Position numbers and translations under genes: made by a program. From Steroidobacteraceae bacterium (GTDB taxonomy: Bacteria; Pseudomonadota; Gammaproteobacteria; Steroidobacterales; Steroidobacteraceae), in contig JBAVOB010000061.1 of assembly GCA_049691655.1 (NCBI GenBank), positions 1 to 44,323 on the forward strand: 44,323 nt of DNA. Direction: 5' to 3'. The notes below the pieces were generated by a model. It searched no databases and was not told the origin of the DNA. It was given only the letters and a program-made list of their open reading frames with translations. This document shows, piece by piece, positions 1 through 8,665 of the stretch. The stretch's first letter is position 1. Every line of letters starts with the position of its first letter.

Positions 1-36
1 GCGACCAGCCCGCCGTCGAGTCCCAAGTCGAGCTCG

Positions 37-948
37 GTGAAGGGTCCTTCCGGCACCGCCGTCGGATACGTCGTCGTAAGCGTGGCGGATCTCGACGCGG
101 CGCTCGATTTCTGGGTAAACCGGCTCGGGATGGAGATCGAGACGCGCCGCACCGGGGAGGATGCGCAGCTCGCCGCCGCCTGGGGTCTCCCGCACGATGG
201 CATCGTGGATCAGGCGCTGCTGCACACGCCCGGCATGTTCGACGGTGGCGTGCACCTGGTGCAGTTCAGGACTCCCGGGCCGCCGGTGCGGCGCGATGCC
301 GCGAACATCGATCTTCTGCCGAGCGCCATGGAGGTCGCCGTCCGCGACTTGCCCGCGCGCTACGCGGAGCTGCTCGCAGCGGGATTCAAGTTCGGCTCCA
401 CGATCCAGCGCACCACCGCCTCGGACGGCAGGACCATGCGCGAGGCGCACCTGCTCGCAGCCGAAGACATGGACCTGATCCTGGTCGAACCCGGCGGCGC
501 GCCGGAGCCGGTCAGCCCGCAAGGGTTCGGTGCGACGCCGCGCATCGTGCTGACTACTTCGGACATCGCGCGCGAGAGGGAATTCTTCCGGTACGTCTTC
601 CGGCTCGAGCCCCTTGCCACGTATCGGCTCGGCGGCGCCGCTGCAAGCACGCTGGTAAGCACCGGGCGTGACGTGACCGTACTCGGCAACGGTCTCAGTC
701 GGTACGGGCAACTCGAGCTGGTGCGCTATGACCAGGGGCCCGGTCGCAATCTCTACGCCCGCGCCCGGCCGCCGGCACGTGGCATGTTGAGCATTACCTT
801 CGTCGTGCCGGATCTCACGCCGATTCTGGAGCGTGGCCGCAGCTTCGGCCTGCGCGAACTCGGCCGGGTGCGCTCGATCCTCGGCGAGGGCCGCATGGCA
901 CAGATTACAAGTCCGGCGGGGCTGCGGATCGATGTCGTCGAGCTCTGA
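37..948 (+). CDS. Two-domain VOC (glyoxalase/bleomycin-resistance/dioxygenase) family protein
   Basis: 303-aa ORF with a GTG start. The N-terminus (VGYVVVSVADLDAALDFWVNRLGM) and a second half (IVLTTSDIAREREFFRYVF) both look like VOC beta-alpha-beta-beta-beta modules. Confidence 0.8.
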   Translation: MKGPSGTAVGYVVVSVADLDAALDFWVNRLGMEIETRRTGEDAQLAAAWGLPHDGIVDQALLHTPGMFDGGVHLVQFRTPGPPVRRDAANIDLLPSAMEVAVRDLPARYAELLAAGFKFGSTIQRTTASDGRTMREAHLLAAEDMDLILVEPGGAPEPVSPQGFGATPRIVLTTSDIAREREFFRYVFRLEPLATYRLGGAAASTLVSTGRDVTVLGNGLSRYGQLELVRYDQGPGRNLYARARPPARGMLSITFVVPDLTPILERGRSFGLRELGRVRSILGEGRMAQITSPAGLRIDVVEL

Positions 949-968
949 TCGATACGGGGAGCGCAGTC

Positions 969-1583
969 ATGCTCAGGCTGTACGACTATCTTGATTCCGG
1001 CAACGGTTACAAGGCGCGCCTGCTGCTCGCGCAGCTCGGTACGCCCTATCGCTGGGTCGAGCTCGACATCATGCGGGGCGCGACCCGCACGCCCGAGTTC
1101 CTGGCCAAGAACCCGAACGGACGCATCCCGACGCTCGAGCTCGACGACGGGACCTGCATTGCCGAGTCGAACGCAATCCTGTGGTATCTCGCCGAAGGCA
1201 CGCGCTTCGTGCCGGACAACCGACTCGGGCGCGCACAGGTGCTGCAGTGGATGTTCTTCGAGCAATACAGCCACGAACCCTACGTCGCAACGCCGCGCTT
1301 CATCCTCAAGCACCTGCCACCCGACAGCGAGCGACGCGCCGAGTTGCCGGGTAGACTCGAGAAGGGACGGGCGGCGCTGGCAGTGATGGAGCGGCATCTG
1401 GCGCGGACGCCGTTTTTCGTCGGCGCCAGGTATTCCATCGCGGACATCGCGCTGTACGCCTACACGCACGTGGCCCACGAGGCGACGCTCGACCTAGAGC
1501 CGTACGCCGGCGTGCGCGCGTGGATCGAACGGGTGGCCGCGCAGCCTGGCTACATACCGATAACGCGGCGCCCGGCGGCCTGA
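969..1583 (+). CDS. Glutathione S-transferase
   Basis: 204 aa. The N-terminal thioredoxin-like GST signature is present (SGNGYKARLLLAQLG ... NPNGRIPTLELDDGTCIAESNAILWYLAEG), followed by a helical C-terminal domain. Confidence 0.9.
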   Translation: MLRLYDYLDSGNGYKARLLLAQLGTPYRWVELDIMRGATRTPEFLAKNPNGRIPTLELDDGTCIAESNAILWYLAEGTRFVPDNRLGRAQVLQWMFFEQYSHEPYVATPRFILKHLPPDSERRAELPGRLEKGRAALAVMERHLARTPFFVGARYSIADIALYAYTHVAHEATLDLEPYAGVRAWIERVAAQPGYIPITRRPAA

Positions 1584-1608
1584 GCATCGACGGGAGCGCT
1601 GCATTCCC

Positions 1609-2184
1609 ATGACGACGACGCGACTCGAAGCGTTCAGCGACGGCGTCATCGCCATCCTGATCACGATCATGGTGCTCGAGCTGAGGGTCCCGCAAGGCGA
1701 TGACTGGGCCGCGCTCGTACCGGTCGTGCCCAAGCTGCTGACTTACGTGCTGAGTTTTGTATTTCTGGGAATCTACTGGAACAACCATCATCACATGCTG
1801 CACGCCACCGAGCGCGTGACCGGCGGCGTGCTCTGGGCGAATCTGCACCTGTTGTTCTGGCTGTCCCTCATACCGCTTACGACGGGGTGGGTGGGGGAAT
1901 CGCATCTTGCGGCGGTGCCGACGGCGGCCTACGGCGCGGTCTTCCTCTGTGCCGGTATCGCCTACACGATCCTGCAGTTGACGATTCTGCGCAGCGAAGG
2001 CCCGGATTCGCGCCTGGCGCGCGCAGTCGGGAGCGACGCGAAGGGCAAGCTTTCGCTGGCCTTGTACGCGATCGCCATACCCACGGCGTTCGCGGCGCCC
2101 TGGCTCTCGGCCGCGCTCTACGTGACGGTCTCGCTGATCTGGCTCGCTCCGGATCCGCGCATCGAACGGACGTTGCACGACTAG
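1609..2184 (+). CDS. TMEM175/DUF1211 family potassium-channel-like membrane protein
   Basis: It has the hallmark N-terminal motif RLEAFSDGVIAILITIMVLEL and six hydrophobic segments. Confidence 0.85.
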   Translation: MTTTRLEAFSDGVIAILITIMVLELRVPQGDDWAALVPVVPKLLTYVLSFVFLGIYWNNHHHMLHATERVTGGVLWANLHLLFWLSLIPLTTGWVGESHLAAVPTAAYGAVFLCAGIAYTILQLTILRSEGPDSRLARAVGSDAKGKLSLALYAIAIPTAFAAPWLSAALYVTVSLIWLAPDPRIERTLHD

Positions 2185-2210
2185 TCCCGCGATCCACGCG
2201 AGCTTCGCGC

Positions 2211-2843
2211 ATGATGTCCCTGCACAGCTACCTGCTATTCGTCGTTGCCTGCATCGTGCTCGTGATCGTGCCGGGGCCGGACATGGCGTACATGCTGGGG
2301 CGCTGCATCGCGCAGGGCCGGCGCGCCGGGATCATGGCGGCCGTCGGGTTCAGCCTGGGTGGTTACGTGCACCTCACCGCCGCCGCGCTCGGGTTGTCGG
2401 CGATCCTCGCGACCTCGTCCGCGGCGTTCGCCGCGGTCAAATGGCTGGGCGCCGCGTATCTCGTGTATCTCGGTGTCATGATGTTGCGCGCGAGCAGCGG
2501 GTCCCTTGCACTGAATACCGCGGGTTCCATGAGCCGCGATGATCGAACCATCCTGTGGCAGGCGTTCCTGAACGATGTGCTCAACCCCAAGGTCGCGATG
2601 TTCTTTCTTGCGCTGTTGCCGCAGTTCGTCGATGCGCGAGCCGCGCATCCGACGCTGCAGATTCTGCTGCTCGGTATTACCGTCATCGCCATCGCGCTGC
2701 CGCTCAATATCGTCGTGGTCTTGTTCTCGGCAAGACTGACGGAGTCGCTGCGCCGTAACACGAGTATGGCCGGCTGGCTGCAGAAGGCGTTGGGCGCGTT
2801 GTTCGTGGCGCTCGGCCTGCGGCTCGCCGTCGAAAAAATCTAG
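2211..2843 (+). CDS. LysE/RhtB family amino-acid exporter
   Basis: This is the internal ATG of ORF 1887..2843. The protein begins MMSLHSYLLFVVACIVLVIVPGPDMAYM, a typical LysE N-terminus, and is about 210 aa and polytopic. The part of the long ORF upstream of this ATG is Arg/Gly-rich shadow frame. Confidence 0.85.
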   Translation: MMSLHSYLLFVVACIVLVIVPGPDMAYMLGRCIAQGRRAGIMAAVGFSLGGYVHLTAAALGLSAILATSSAAFAAVKWLGAAYLVYLGVMMLRASSGSLALNTAGSMSRDDRTILWQAFLNDVLNPKVAMFFLALLPQFVDARAAHPTLQILLLGITVIAIALPLNIVVVLFSARLTESLRRNTSMAGWLQKALGALFVALGLRLAVEKI

Positions 2844-3102
2844 CGGCGACGCGCCCGTCTACTTGCGGTTGAACCCCGCGAGCCGGCGACCAGCGCGCGT
2901 CCACGCCTTGTCGCAGGCCGTCGATCCAGCCAAAACAGAGCGCGACGTCGACGGATTCTGGCCAGGTGAGACTCGGCCTGCCCAAGCTCTTGCGCCAGAA
3001 ACCCACCCACAGCAGCGACTCGGTTGAATGATGTTCCGCGAGCCAGCGGCGGAAGGCCGCCGCCGAACGAAAGAAGCGCGGTTGCGCCGCCTTCGCCGGC
3101 AT
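2704..3102 (-). pseudogene. YdeI/OmpD-associated family protein, apparent 5' remnant
   Basis: The first ~65 aa (FRSAAAFRRWLAEHHSTESLLWVGFWRKSLGRPSLTWPESVDVALCFGWIDGLRQ) match the YdeI N-terminal domain. After that the ORF turns into low-complexity Arg/Ala/Pro sequence and overlaps the 3' end of the LysE gene. Confidence 0.4.
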
Positions 3103-3105
3103 TGC

Positions 3106-3480
3106 TCAGCGCTTCTCTTCCATGAGCCCGATCAGGTTACCGTCGGGATCGCGCAGATGGCCGATCCACAATTCGTGGTCGGGCATGCGTGCGGTCAGCT
3201 CCGGCGCGCGTTCCCCGATTGCGCCCCGGGCGAGGAGCGCGGCATAGGTCGCGGCGATACCCGTCGCCCTGAAATAGAGGATCGAATTCGCGCCGACCTG
3301 ACCCGCACCCTGCGGAGTCGTGAGCATGATGCGGACCGGGCCAGCGGCGAGAAACGCAAGATTGGGGCCAGCATTGAACAGCCATTGCAGGCCGAGGACG
3401 TCGCGGTAGTAGGCGAGCGAAGTCGCCACATCTTTGACGGTAATCGCGATCTGTCCGATTTCGCTCAAGCCACGGTTCAT
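3106..3480 (-). CDS. VOC family protein (glyoxalase-like)
   Basis: 124 aa. It begins IGQIAITVKDVATSLAYYRDVLGL and ends LRDPDGNLIGLME, both typical VOC motifs. Confidence 0.85.
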   Translation of the reverse strand: MNRGLSEIGQIAITVKDVATSLAYYRDVLGLQWLFNAGPNLAFLAAGPVRIMLTTPQGAGQVGANSILYFRATGIAATYAALLARGAIGERAPELTARMPDHELWIGHLRDPDGNLIGLMEEKR

Positions 3481-3806
3481 CGGAATCTATCGGGCCGCAG
3501 CGCCGGCGTGCCTGGCGGCAGGATTACCCACGGTTGCTTGGCCGAGGTAAAGATGTGTATGTCGGGCGGCAGCCGGTCCGGTTCATCGAGCGTGCCGACC
3601 CGGACGAAACGCATGAGAGATCCGGCGCCGAGCGAGGTAACGCGATCAACCTCGAGCATGGCATTCAATGCGAAGGATGCGCCGCTCTCGCGCTGGCACC
3701 AGCGACAGTGACAGCGGTGCACGATGAGCGGCGCAGTCTCCATTCGATACCGGACGGACCGGCAGTCGCAACCGCCGCCGACCGGATGATCGCTCGACGA
3801 GGGCAT
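3477..3806 (-). CDS. GFA (CENP-V/glutathione-dependent formaldehyde-activating) family protein, unusually short
   Basis: The CDC ... CHCRWCQ zinc motifs are present, but the downstream CxxCG motif found in the other three GFA paralogs in this window is absent. Its stop overlaps the start of the VOC gene by 4 nt. Confidence 0.7.
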   Translation of the reverse strand: MPSSSDHPVGGGCDCRSVRYRMETAPLIVHRCHCRWCQRESGASFALNAMLEVDRVTSLGAGSLMRFVRVGTLDEPDRLPPDIHIFTSAKQPWVILPPGTPALRPDRFR

Positions 3807-3860
3807 CGCGGCGACCGATGTCGCGAACCGGTGCGGCCTCGTATCACGCGCGGTTTCGCA

Positions 3861-4262
3861 TCAGCTCGCGCGCACGGCCAGGATCTGCCACGCGATGACG
3901 GCCTGCGCGAGGAAACCGGCGGTGAAGGCCAGCGTTCGCACCCACGGCACGGCGAAAGTGTAGGCCACCGCGTGCACGACACGGGCCCAGAAATACACCA
4001 CGGCGGCCGTGGCGATCGCGGAGCTCGTGAGCCCGAGCACGTGGGCGAGCAGGATCAGCGTCGCGAAGACGACCAGGTTCTCGACTGCGTTGGCGTGCGC
4101 CTTCATCAGGCGTTGCGCCCAGGCGGATTGCGGTTTCGGGTTGTCCGGGTAGCCCACCGCGTCCAGCAGGCCGCGGACAGCGAGCCGATTGAGGATGTAG
4201 GGCACCCACAGCAGGCCGGTAAACGCAGTTACCGCGGCCAGGTAACACAGCTCGGTTTTCAC
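3861..4262 (-). CDS. MAPEG family membrane protein
   Basis: 133 aa with four hydrophobic helices and the motif AHANAVENLVVFA typical of bacterial MAPEG proteins. Confidence 0.85.
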   Translation of the reverse strand: MKTELCYLAAVTAFTGLLWVPYILNRLAVRGLLDAVGYPDNPKPQSAWAQRLMKAHANAVENLVVFATLILLAHVLGLTSSAIATAAVVYFWARVVHAVAYTFAVPWVRTLAFTAGFLAQAVIAWQILAVRAS

Positions 4263-4304
4263 TCGTTATTTCTCCGTTCGATGGGGAGCGGCACGACGCG
4301 CGCA

Positions 4305-4625
4305 CTAGCCGCCAGGTGGTCGATACGCCAGGGTCTTTTTCGCGGCGGCATCCATGTCCTCGGGCGTGAACAGCATCGTCGACCTCAGACTGACCGCACC
4401 GGTGCTGTTCACGGCAAGGCTGGCCGCCGCCGCGGTGACGGCGTCGGGGAACTCGACGATGCCGACGACGTCGGCGTCGCCGAAGGCGTAATAGAAGGCG
4501 TGCAGCTTTCCGCCTGCTTTTTCGGCCATTTGCTGCACAGCAGCACGGCGTTTCGATCCGCCTTCTTTGATCAGGCCCTTGGCGCCTTCCGCCGTGTAAG
4601 AGGCACTCCAGAGGTAGATAGGCAT
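4305..4625 (-). CDS. GYD domain-containing protein
   Basis: MPIYLWSASYTAEGAKGL ... AFGDADVVGIVEFPD matches the GYD family. I chose the internal ATG at 4625 because GGGAGA lies 6 nt upstream of it. Confidence 0.85.
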   Translation of the reverse strand: MPIYLWSASYTAEGAKGLIKEGGSKRRAAVQQMAEKAGGKLHAFYYAFGDADVVGIVEFPDAVTAAAASLAVNSTGAVSLRSTMLFTPEDMDAAAKKTLAYRPPGG

Positions 4626-4716
4626 GACATTCTCCCGATTGGATTGGGACACTGTTGTAGGGGCAGGCTACTCCCGTGCCCCGCCGATGGCAAAAGGCCG
4701 GGGCCGCGCACCGGCG

Positions 4717-5073
4717 TCAGGCGCCACCGCCGGCAGTCGGCTTCCCGCTGCGATACAGGCGCACGTCGACCTTCTCCATCGTGGCAAGCCCTTCGGTAAC
4801 GTTGTCATCGATCGAGGCGAGAAACGCCTCCAGCTTTTCGCGCGCGTCGACCACTTCGACGATCATCGGCAAGTCGAGCGACAGGCGCTCGATCTTGAAC
4901 GTATGCAGGCGGCTGTGCGCCCCAAAACCCATCATACCGCGCACCACTGTCGCACCCGCGAGTCCCTGTTCGCGCGCTTTCTGCACGATCCATTCGTAGA
5001 GCGGCCTACCTTCGTGCTTGTCGCTCTCGCCGACGAAGATCCGCAGCAGGTAACCTTCACGCGGAATCACCAT
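4717..5073 (-). CDS. DUF190 domain-containing protein (CrcB-associated)
   Basis: MVIPREGYLLRIFVGESDKHEGRPLYEWIV is a typical DUF190 sequence. The gene starts 5 nt after the crcB stop. Confidence 0.85.
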   Translation of the reverse strand: MVIPREGYLLRIFVGESDKHEGRPLYEWIVQKAREQGLAGATVVRGMMGFGAHSRLHTFKIERLSLDLPMIVEVVDAREKLEAFLASIDDNVTEGLATMEKVDVRLYRSGKPTAGGGA

Positions 5074-5077
5074 GAGG

Positions 5078-5476
5078 TCATCTCCAGATGAGTTGCGCGG
5101 TGAGCCGCCCCAGCCACACGGCGGACAGCGCAAGGACGAGCTGTCCGCCGACGTTCAGCCCGGCGGCGAGTCGCTGGCCGTCCCGCACCAGGTTGACCGT
5201 CTCGTTGCCGAACGCCGAGAAGGTGGTATAGCCGCCGAGGACGCCTACGACGATGAAGGCCCGCGCTGCGGGCCCGAGCGTCCCCTGGGTCTCGACGAGC
5301 TGTGACACCAGTCCGATGACGAAGCAGCCCGTGGCATTCACGAACATCGTTCCGTAGGGAAATACCGTAGCCGGAAAGCTCGACTGGACCCAGCCGCCGA
5401 TGAGAAACCGGAGCACGGAACCGAGGAATCCGCCCGCGCCTACCCACAGTACCTTAGCCAATTCGTGCGCCTCCAT
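5078..5476 (-). CDS. crcB: Fluoride ion channel CrcB/FluC
   Basis: 132 aa with GGFLGSVLRF ... FPYGTMFVNATGCFVIG ... GGYTTFSAF, the canonical CrcB motifs. Confidence 0.92.
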   Translation of the reverse strand: MEAHELAKVLWVGAGGFLGSVLRFLIGGWVQSSFPATVFPYGTMFVNATGCFVIGLVSQLVETQGTLGPAARAFIVVGVLGGYTTFSAFGNETVNLVRDGQRLAAGLNVGGQLVLALSAVWLGRLTAQLIWR

Positions 5477-5512
5477 CCATCGCCCCGGCCCGCCGATTCA
5501 GGGTGATTCGAC

Positions 5513-5851
5513 TCACACCGATGGATAGATCTCGTCGGCGATCCAATAGTAGGTGATGATGAGAGCGAACAGCGTTCCCGACCACCACAACATCCAGCGT
5601 TGGCGCTGCCAGATCGCACTGCAGGCTGCCCGCTGCAACGGAATATCGACCAGGTACGCCGCCGAGTAGCACAGGTTCGCCAGTGCCACGAGCACCAGGA
5701 GTTCGAGCGAGTGCCCAAGGGTCAGCGCGTGACGGAAGTGCGGCCACGTCCCGATAACCCACGCGACGCCCAACGCGGCCAGCAGCAGGTTGTACCAGAG
5801 TCGCCGGGGTTCCCAGTACCGCACGGCTTCGCGCACGGACTCCCGCGTCAT
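5513..5851 (-). CDS. Hypothetical integral membrane protein
   Basis: This is the internal ATG (MTRESVREAVRYWEPRRLWYNLLLAALG...). The protein is 112 aa with three hydrophobic helices. The start overlaps the upstream hydrolase stop as ATGA. Confidence 0.65.
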   Translation of the reverse strand: MTRESVREAVRYWEPRRLWYNLLLAALGVAWVIGTWPHFRHALTLGHSLELLVLVALANLCYSAAYLVDIPLQRAACSAIWQRQRWMLWWSGTLFALIITYYWIADEIYPSV

Positions 5852-6855
5852 CGTGCAGCTTCCTCGGGGACAGCTCCGGCACCGCCGCTTTGGGCCGAGG
5901 CGCCTCGCGGCAGCCCCAGGAAACTCTCGACGGCGGCCGCCGTGGCGACCGGATCCTCTTCGTGCGGCACATGACCGAGCTGTGCGAATTCGACCAACTG
6001 GCTCCCGGCAATCTCCGCGTGAAAACGCCGCCCGTACTGCGGCGGAATCAGGCGATCGCGGCCGCCCCAGAGGATCAGCGTGGGCAACCGCAGCTCGGGG
6101 ATGCGCCGCGCGAGCGTACCAGGGGCCAGCTGCCGCAACCGCTCGATCAGCGCCTGGCGATTCCCGGCGCGGGTAGTCAGGTCGTAATATCGATCCACGA
6201 GCTCCGGCGTCACCCGCGACGGATCTCCATAGACCTCGCGTACGCTGCTCGCGATGACGCTGCGCGGCAAAATGTACGTGAGGAATCGCCCCAGGATGGG
6301 CAGGCGCGCCAGGCGAAAACCGATCGGCACCGAAACCGGCCGGAAATCGTATCCGGCCGCGTCGACGAGAATGAGTCGCTGCACGCGTTGCGGGTGAGTC
6401 ACGGCGGCGGCCCAAGCGACCTCGCCACCGAGCGAGTTGCCCGCCGCCACGCACTCCTCAACGCCGAGCTTGTCGAGCACGGCCATGAACGCGCGTACGT
6501 AACTGTCCAGAGAGTAGTCACCATCGGGCGCGGGACCCGTAAGCCCGAAGCCGGGCATGTCGTAGCGGATGACGCGCCGGTGCCGGCCGAGGACTCGGGT
6601 CCACCCATCCCAGGTGTGAAGGGACGACGAGGTGCCGTGGAGCAGGACGAGGGGCACCGGGTCTTCGCGCGGCCCTTCGTCGCGCAGGTGGACCTGCATG
6701 CCCGAGATGGTCACGAATTGCGACGGAGCCGGCGCCCAGCGACCGCGCAGCTCCTCGACCGGGCGGTCGGGAGTCCAGTAGAGCGTGCCCGCGACCAGGA
6801 TGCAGGCGAGCGCCGCCGCCAGCGCGCCCACGAGGATTTTCACGATCCGTTGCAC
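5848..6855 (-). CDS. Alpha/beta fold hydrolase with N-terminal membrane anchor
   Basis: It has the HG oxyanion motif (LVLLHGTSSS), the nucleophile elbow GNSLGG, a C-terminal GHVPHEE histidine motif, and a hydrophobic N-terminus. Confidence 0.88.
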   Translation of the reverse strand: MQRIVKILVGALAAALACILVAGTLYWTPDRPVEELRGRWAPAPSQFVTISGMQVHLRDEGPREDPVPLVLLHGTSSSLHTWDGWTRVLGRHRRVIRYDMPGFGLTGPAPDGDYSLDSYVRAFMAVLDKLGVEECVAAGNSLGGEVAWAAAVTHPQRVQRLILVDAAGYDFRPVSVPIGFRLARLPILGRFLTYILPRSVIASSVREVYGDPSRVTPELVDRYYDLTTRAGNRQALIERLRQLAPGTLARRIPELRLPTLILWGGRDRLIPPQYGRRFHAEIAGSQLVEFAQLGHVPHEEDPVATAAAVESFLGLPRGASAQSGGAGAVPEEAAR

Positions 6856-6885
6856 TGCAAGTTGCCTTAGCTCCGCGCTATTGGA

Positions 6886-7344
6886 CTAGCGTAGCGTCCG
6901 CCGCATGCAGACGCTGCGCGCGCTGCCGATGAAAGGGCCGTAAGGCTCTGTCACCTGGTATCCGCAACGCCGGTACAGGGCAATTGCCTCCGGCATCCGC
7001 TGCGCCGTCTCGAGGATACTCTCGGCATAACCTCGGTGCATGGCCTCGGCCTCGAGCGCCCGCAGAACGATCCTGCCGATGCCACATCCGCGCAAGCCGC
7101 GGCGGACGAACATGCGCTTGATCTCGACGGTGGACGGGCCGTACGGCCTGAAGGCGCCGCAGCCGGCGAGTTCGGCCTGCGCGTGCGCCAGCACGAAGTA
7201 ACCGTCTGCTCGCCGAAACTCCTCCGGATCTATGCCGTTGACAGGTTCGCCGGGGTAACGACTCAACAGCTCGGCGTCGAGTTCGGCCAGCAGGCCCGAA
7301 GCCACGACCCGGTCGACGTCCGCAGGACTCACAACGATGTCCAT
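6886..7344 (-). CDS. GNAT family N-acetyltransferase
   Basis: The acetyl-CoA motif is present (VEIKRMFVRRGLRGCGIGRIVLRALE ... ALYRRCGY). The start could instead be 7353. Confidence 0.85.
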   Translation of the reverse strand: MDIVVSPADVDRVVASGLLAELDAELLSRYPGEPVNGIDPEEFRRADGYFVLAHAQAELAGCGAFRPYGPSTVEIKRMFVRRGLRGCGIGRIVLRALEAEAMHRGYAESILETAQRMPEAIALYRRCGYQVTEPYGPFIGSARSVCMRRTLR

Positions 7345-7401
7345 CGCGTGCATTAACCCCGGCCGCAGGCAGCGCGTAGCGCCTCCCGGCATCTGCCAGC
7401 G

Positions 7402-8028
7402 CTACCCGGGATCCACGTCATCGAAGAAATCGACGACGCCCGTATCAAGCGAATACTCGGCGCCGACCACGACCAGGCCATCGTTGCGGATGAGTTGCTC
7501 GAGGATCTCGGACCCGTGCCGCAGATGGTCCGCCGACAGGCTGATGTTGCTGCGCACGGCCTGGCGCACCAATGCATCCAGATCGTGCCTGAGCTCGGTC
7601 TGCAGCAATCCGGCAACCGAAGGGCGGATGCGATCGACGATCGACCGCAGATTGCGCGACTGGTTTTCCGCTGGTCGCCGCAACTCCTGCAGCGTCGCCA
7701 GGATCGCTCCACATTGGGTGTGGCCCAGCACGACCACCAGCCGGGTGCCGAACTGGGACGCTGCAAATTCGACGCTTCCGACCTGCGAGGGAGCGACGAT
7801 GTTACCGGCCACGCGGATGACGAACAGGTCGCCCAGGCCCTGGTCGAACACGATCTCGGCCGGCACGCGGGAGTCCGAGCAGCCGAGCACGATCGCGATG
7901 GGTTCCTGCTGCTTCGCCAGATTCGCGCGCTGTGCATGGCGCGCGACCACGTTGCGCCCCCCGGTATCGGACGCAAAGCGCCGGTTGCCTTCCCGCAGTC
8001 GCTGCAGTGCTTCTCGCGCCGAGATCAT
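7402..8028 (-). CDS. Beta-class carbonic anhydrase
   Basis: LREGNRRF ... LGCSDSRVPAEIVFDQGLGDLFVIRVAGN ... VLGHTQCGA are the canonical beta-CA zinc-site motifs (CxDxR, HxxC). Confidence 0.9.
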   Translation of the reverse strand: MISAREALQRLREGNRRFASDTGGRNVVARHAQRANLAKQQEPIAIVLGCSDSRVPAEIVFDQGLGDLFVIRVAGNIVAPSQVGSVEFAASQFGTRLVVVLGHTQCGAILATLQELRRPAENQSRNLRSIVDRIRPSVAGLLQTELRHDLDALVRQAVRSNISLSADHLRHGSEILEQLIRNDGLVVVGAEYSLDTGVVDFFDDVDPG

Positions 8029-8066
8029 CCTGGCTGTGTTTCCGTGGCGGGCAAGGGCGTCCTGGA

Positions 8067-8228
8067 CTACTTGTCCCTCTTGCGGTCACCCTGCGCGCTC
8101 TGCGTGTCCCGGCCGGCCGATTTGGCGTTCGGGGGTTGGTAGTCGCCGATCACGCCTTTCACGGGACAGACGCTGAATATCGGACAGTTCCTGCACCCGG
8201 CAACGAGTGCGATCGGGCATAAGGTCAT
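8067..8228 (-). CDS. Small cysteine-rich protein (53 aa), function unknown
   Basis: MTLCPIALVAGCRNCPIFSVCPVKGVIGDYQ has four Cys in the first 21 residues and a basic tail. AGGAG lies 7 nt upstream of the ATG at 8228. The longer ORF in the track is an Arg/Pro-rich shadow extension. Confidence 0.55.
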   Translation of the reverse strand: MTLCPIALVAGCRNCPIFSVCPVKGVIGDYQPPNAKSAGRDTQSAQGDRKRDK

Positions 8229-8265
8229 TGCATTACTCCTGGTGGTTGGTGTCGGGCGTCGGTGG

Positions 8266-8646
8266 CTAGGGCCACTGCCTGGCCTCGGAATCGAACGTTG
8301 CCGTGGCGCATCGCACCACGCAGAAGCGCTGGCCGGTGGGCGCCTGCATGACCCACCAGGCGTTGACCTGCTCGACGCGCCTCGCGCCCAGCGCCTCGAG
8401 CCGGCGGACCTCGGCATCGACGTCGTCGGTCTCGATATCGAGATGCACTCTGCTCTCGTGCTGGACCGCCTGCACTTCCACGTGCAGGCGATGGCCGGGG
8501 TCGAGCAGCTCCACGTATTTCTCCGCCTCGCCGGGCGGCAGCTGGCGCACCTGCATCCCGAGCGCGCCGCCCCAGAACCGCGCGCTAGCCTGCAGATCCT
8601 GCGTCCGGCAATCGATGATGAAACCCGCCAGTTTGCTCTTGTGCAT
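8266..8646 (-). CDS. VOC/glyoxalase-like domain protein
   Basis: This is the internal ATG (MHKSKLAGFIIDCRTQDLQASARFWGGALGM ... HLDIETDDVDAEVRRLEALGA), a typical glyoxalase-like fold. Confidence 0.8.
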   Translation of the reverse strand: MHKSKLAGFIIDCRTQDLQASARFWGGALGMQVRQLPPGEAEKYVELLDPGHRLHVEVQAVQHESRVHLDIETDDVDAEVRRLEALGARRVEQVNAWWVMQAPTGQRFCVVRCATATFDSEARQWP

Positions 8647-8665
8647 GCTGCGCCCGGTCGTCAGT

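Noticed and set aside
5440-5520. A GGGGCGATGGATGG string at the crcB start resembles the 5' end of the fluoride (crcB-motif) riboswitch.
   Set aside because: It overlaps the start codon and coding sequence. The downstream pairing partners (CGCC closing helix, pseudoknot segment) are not present, and the intergenic space is only 36 nt.
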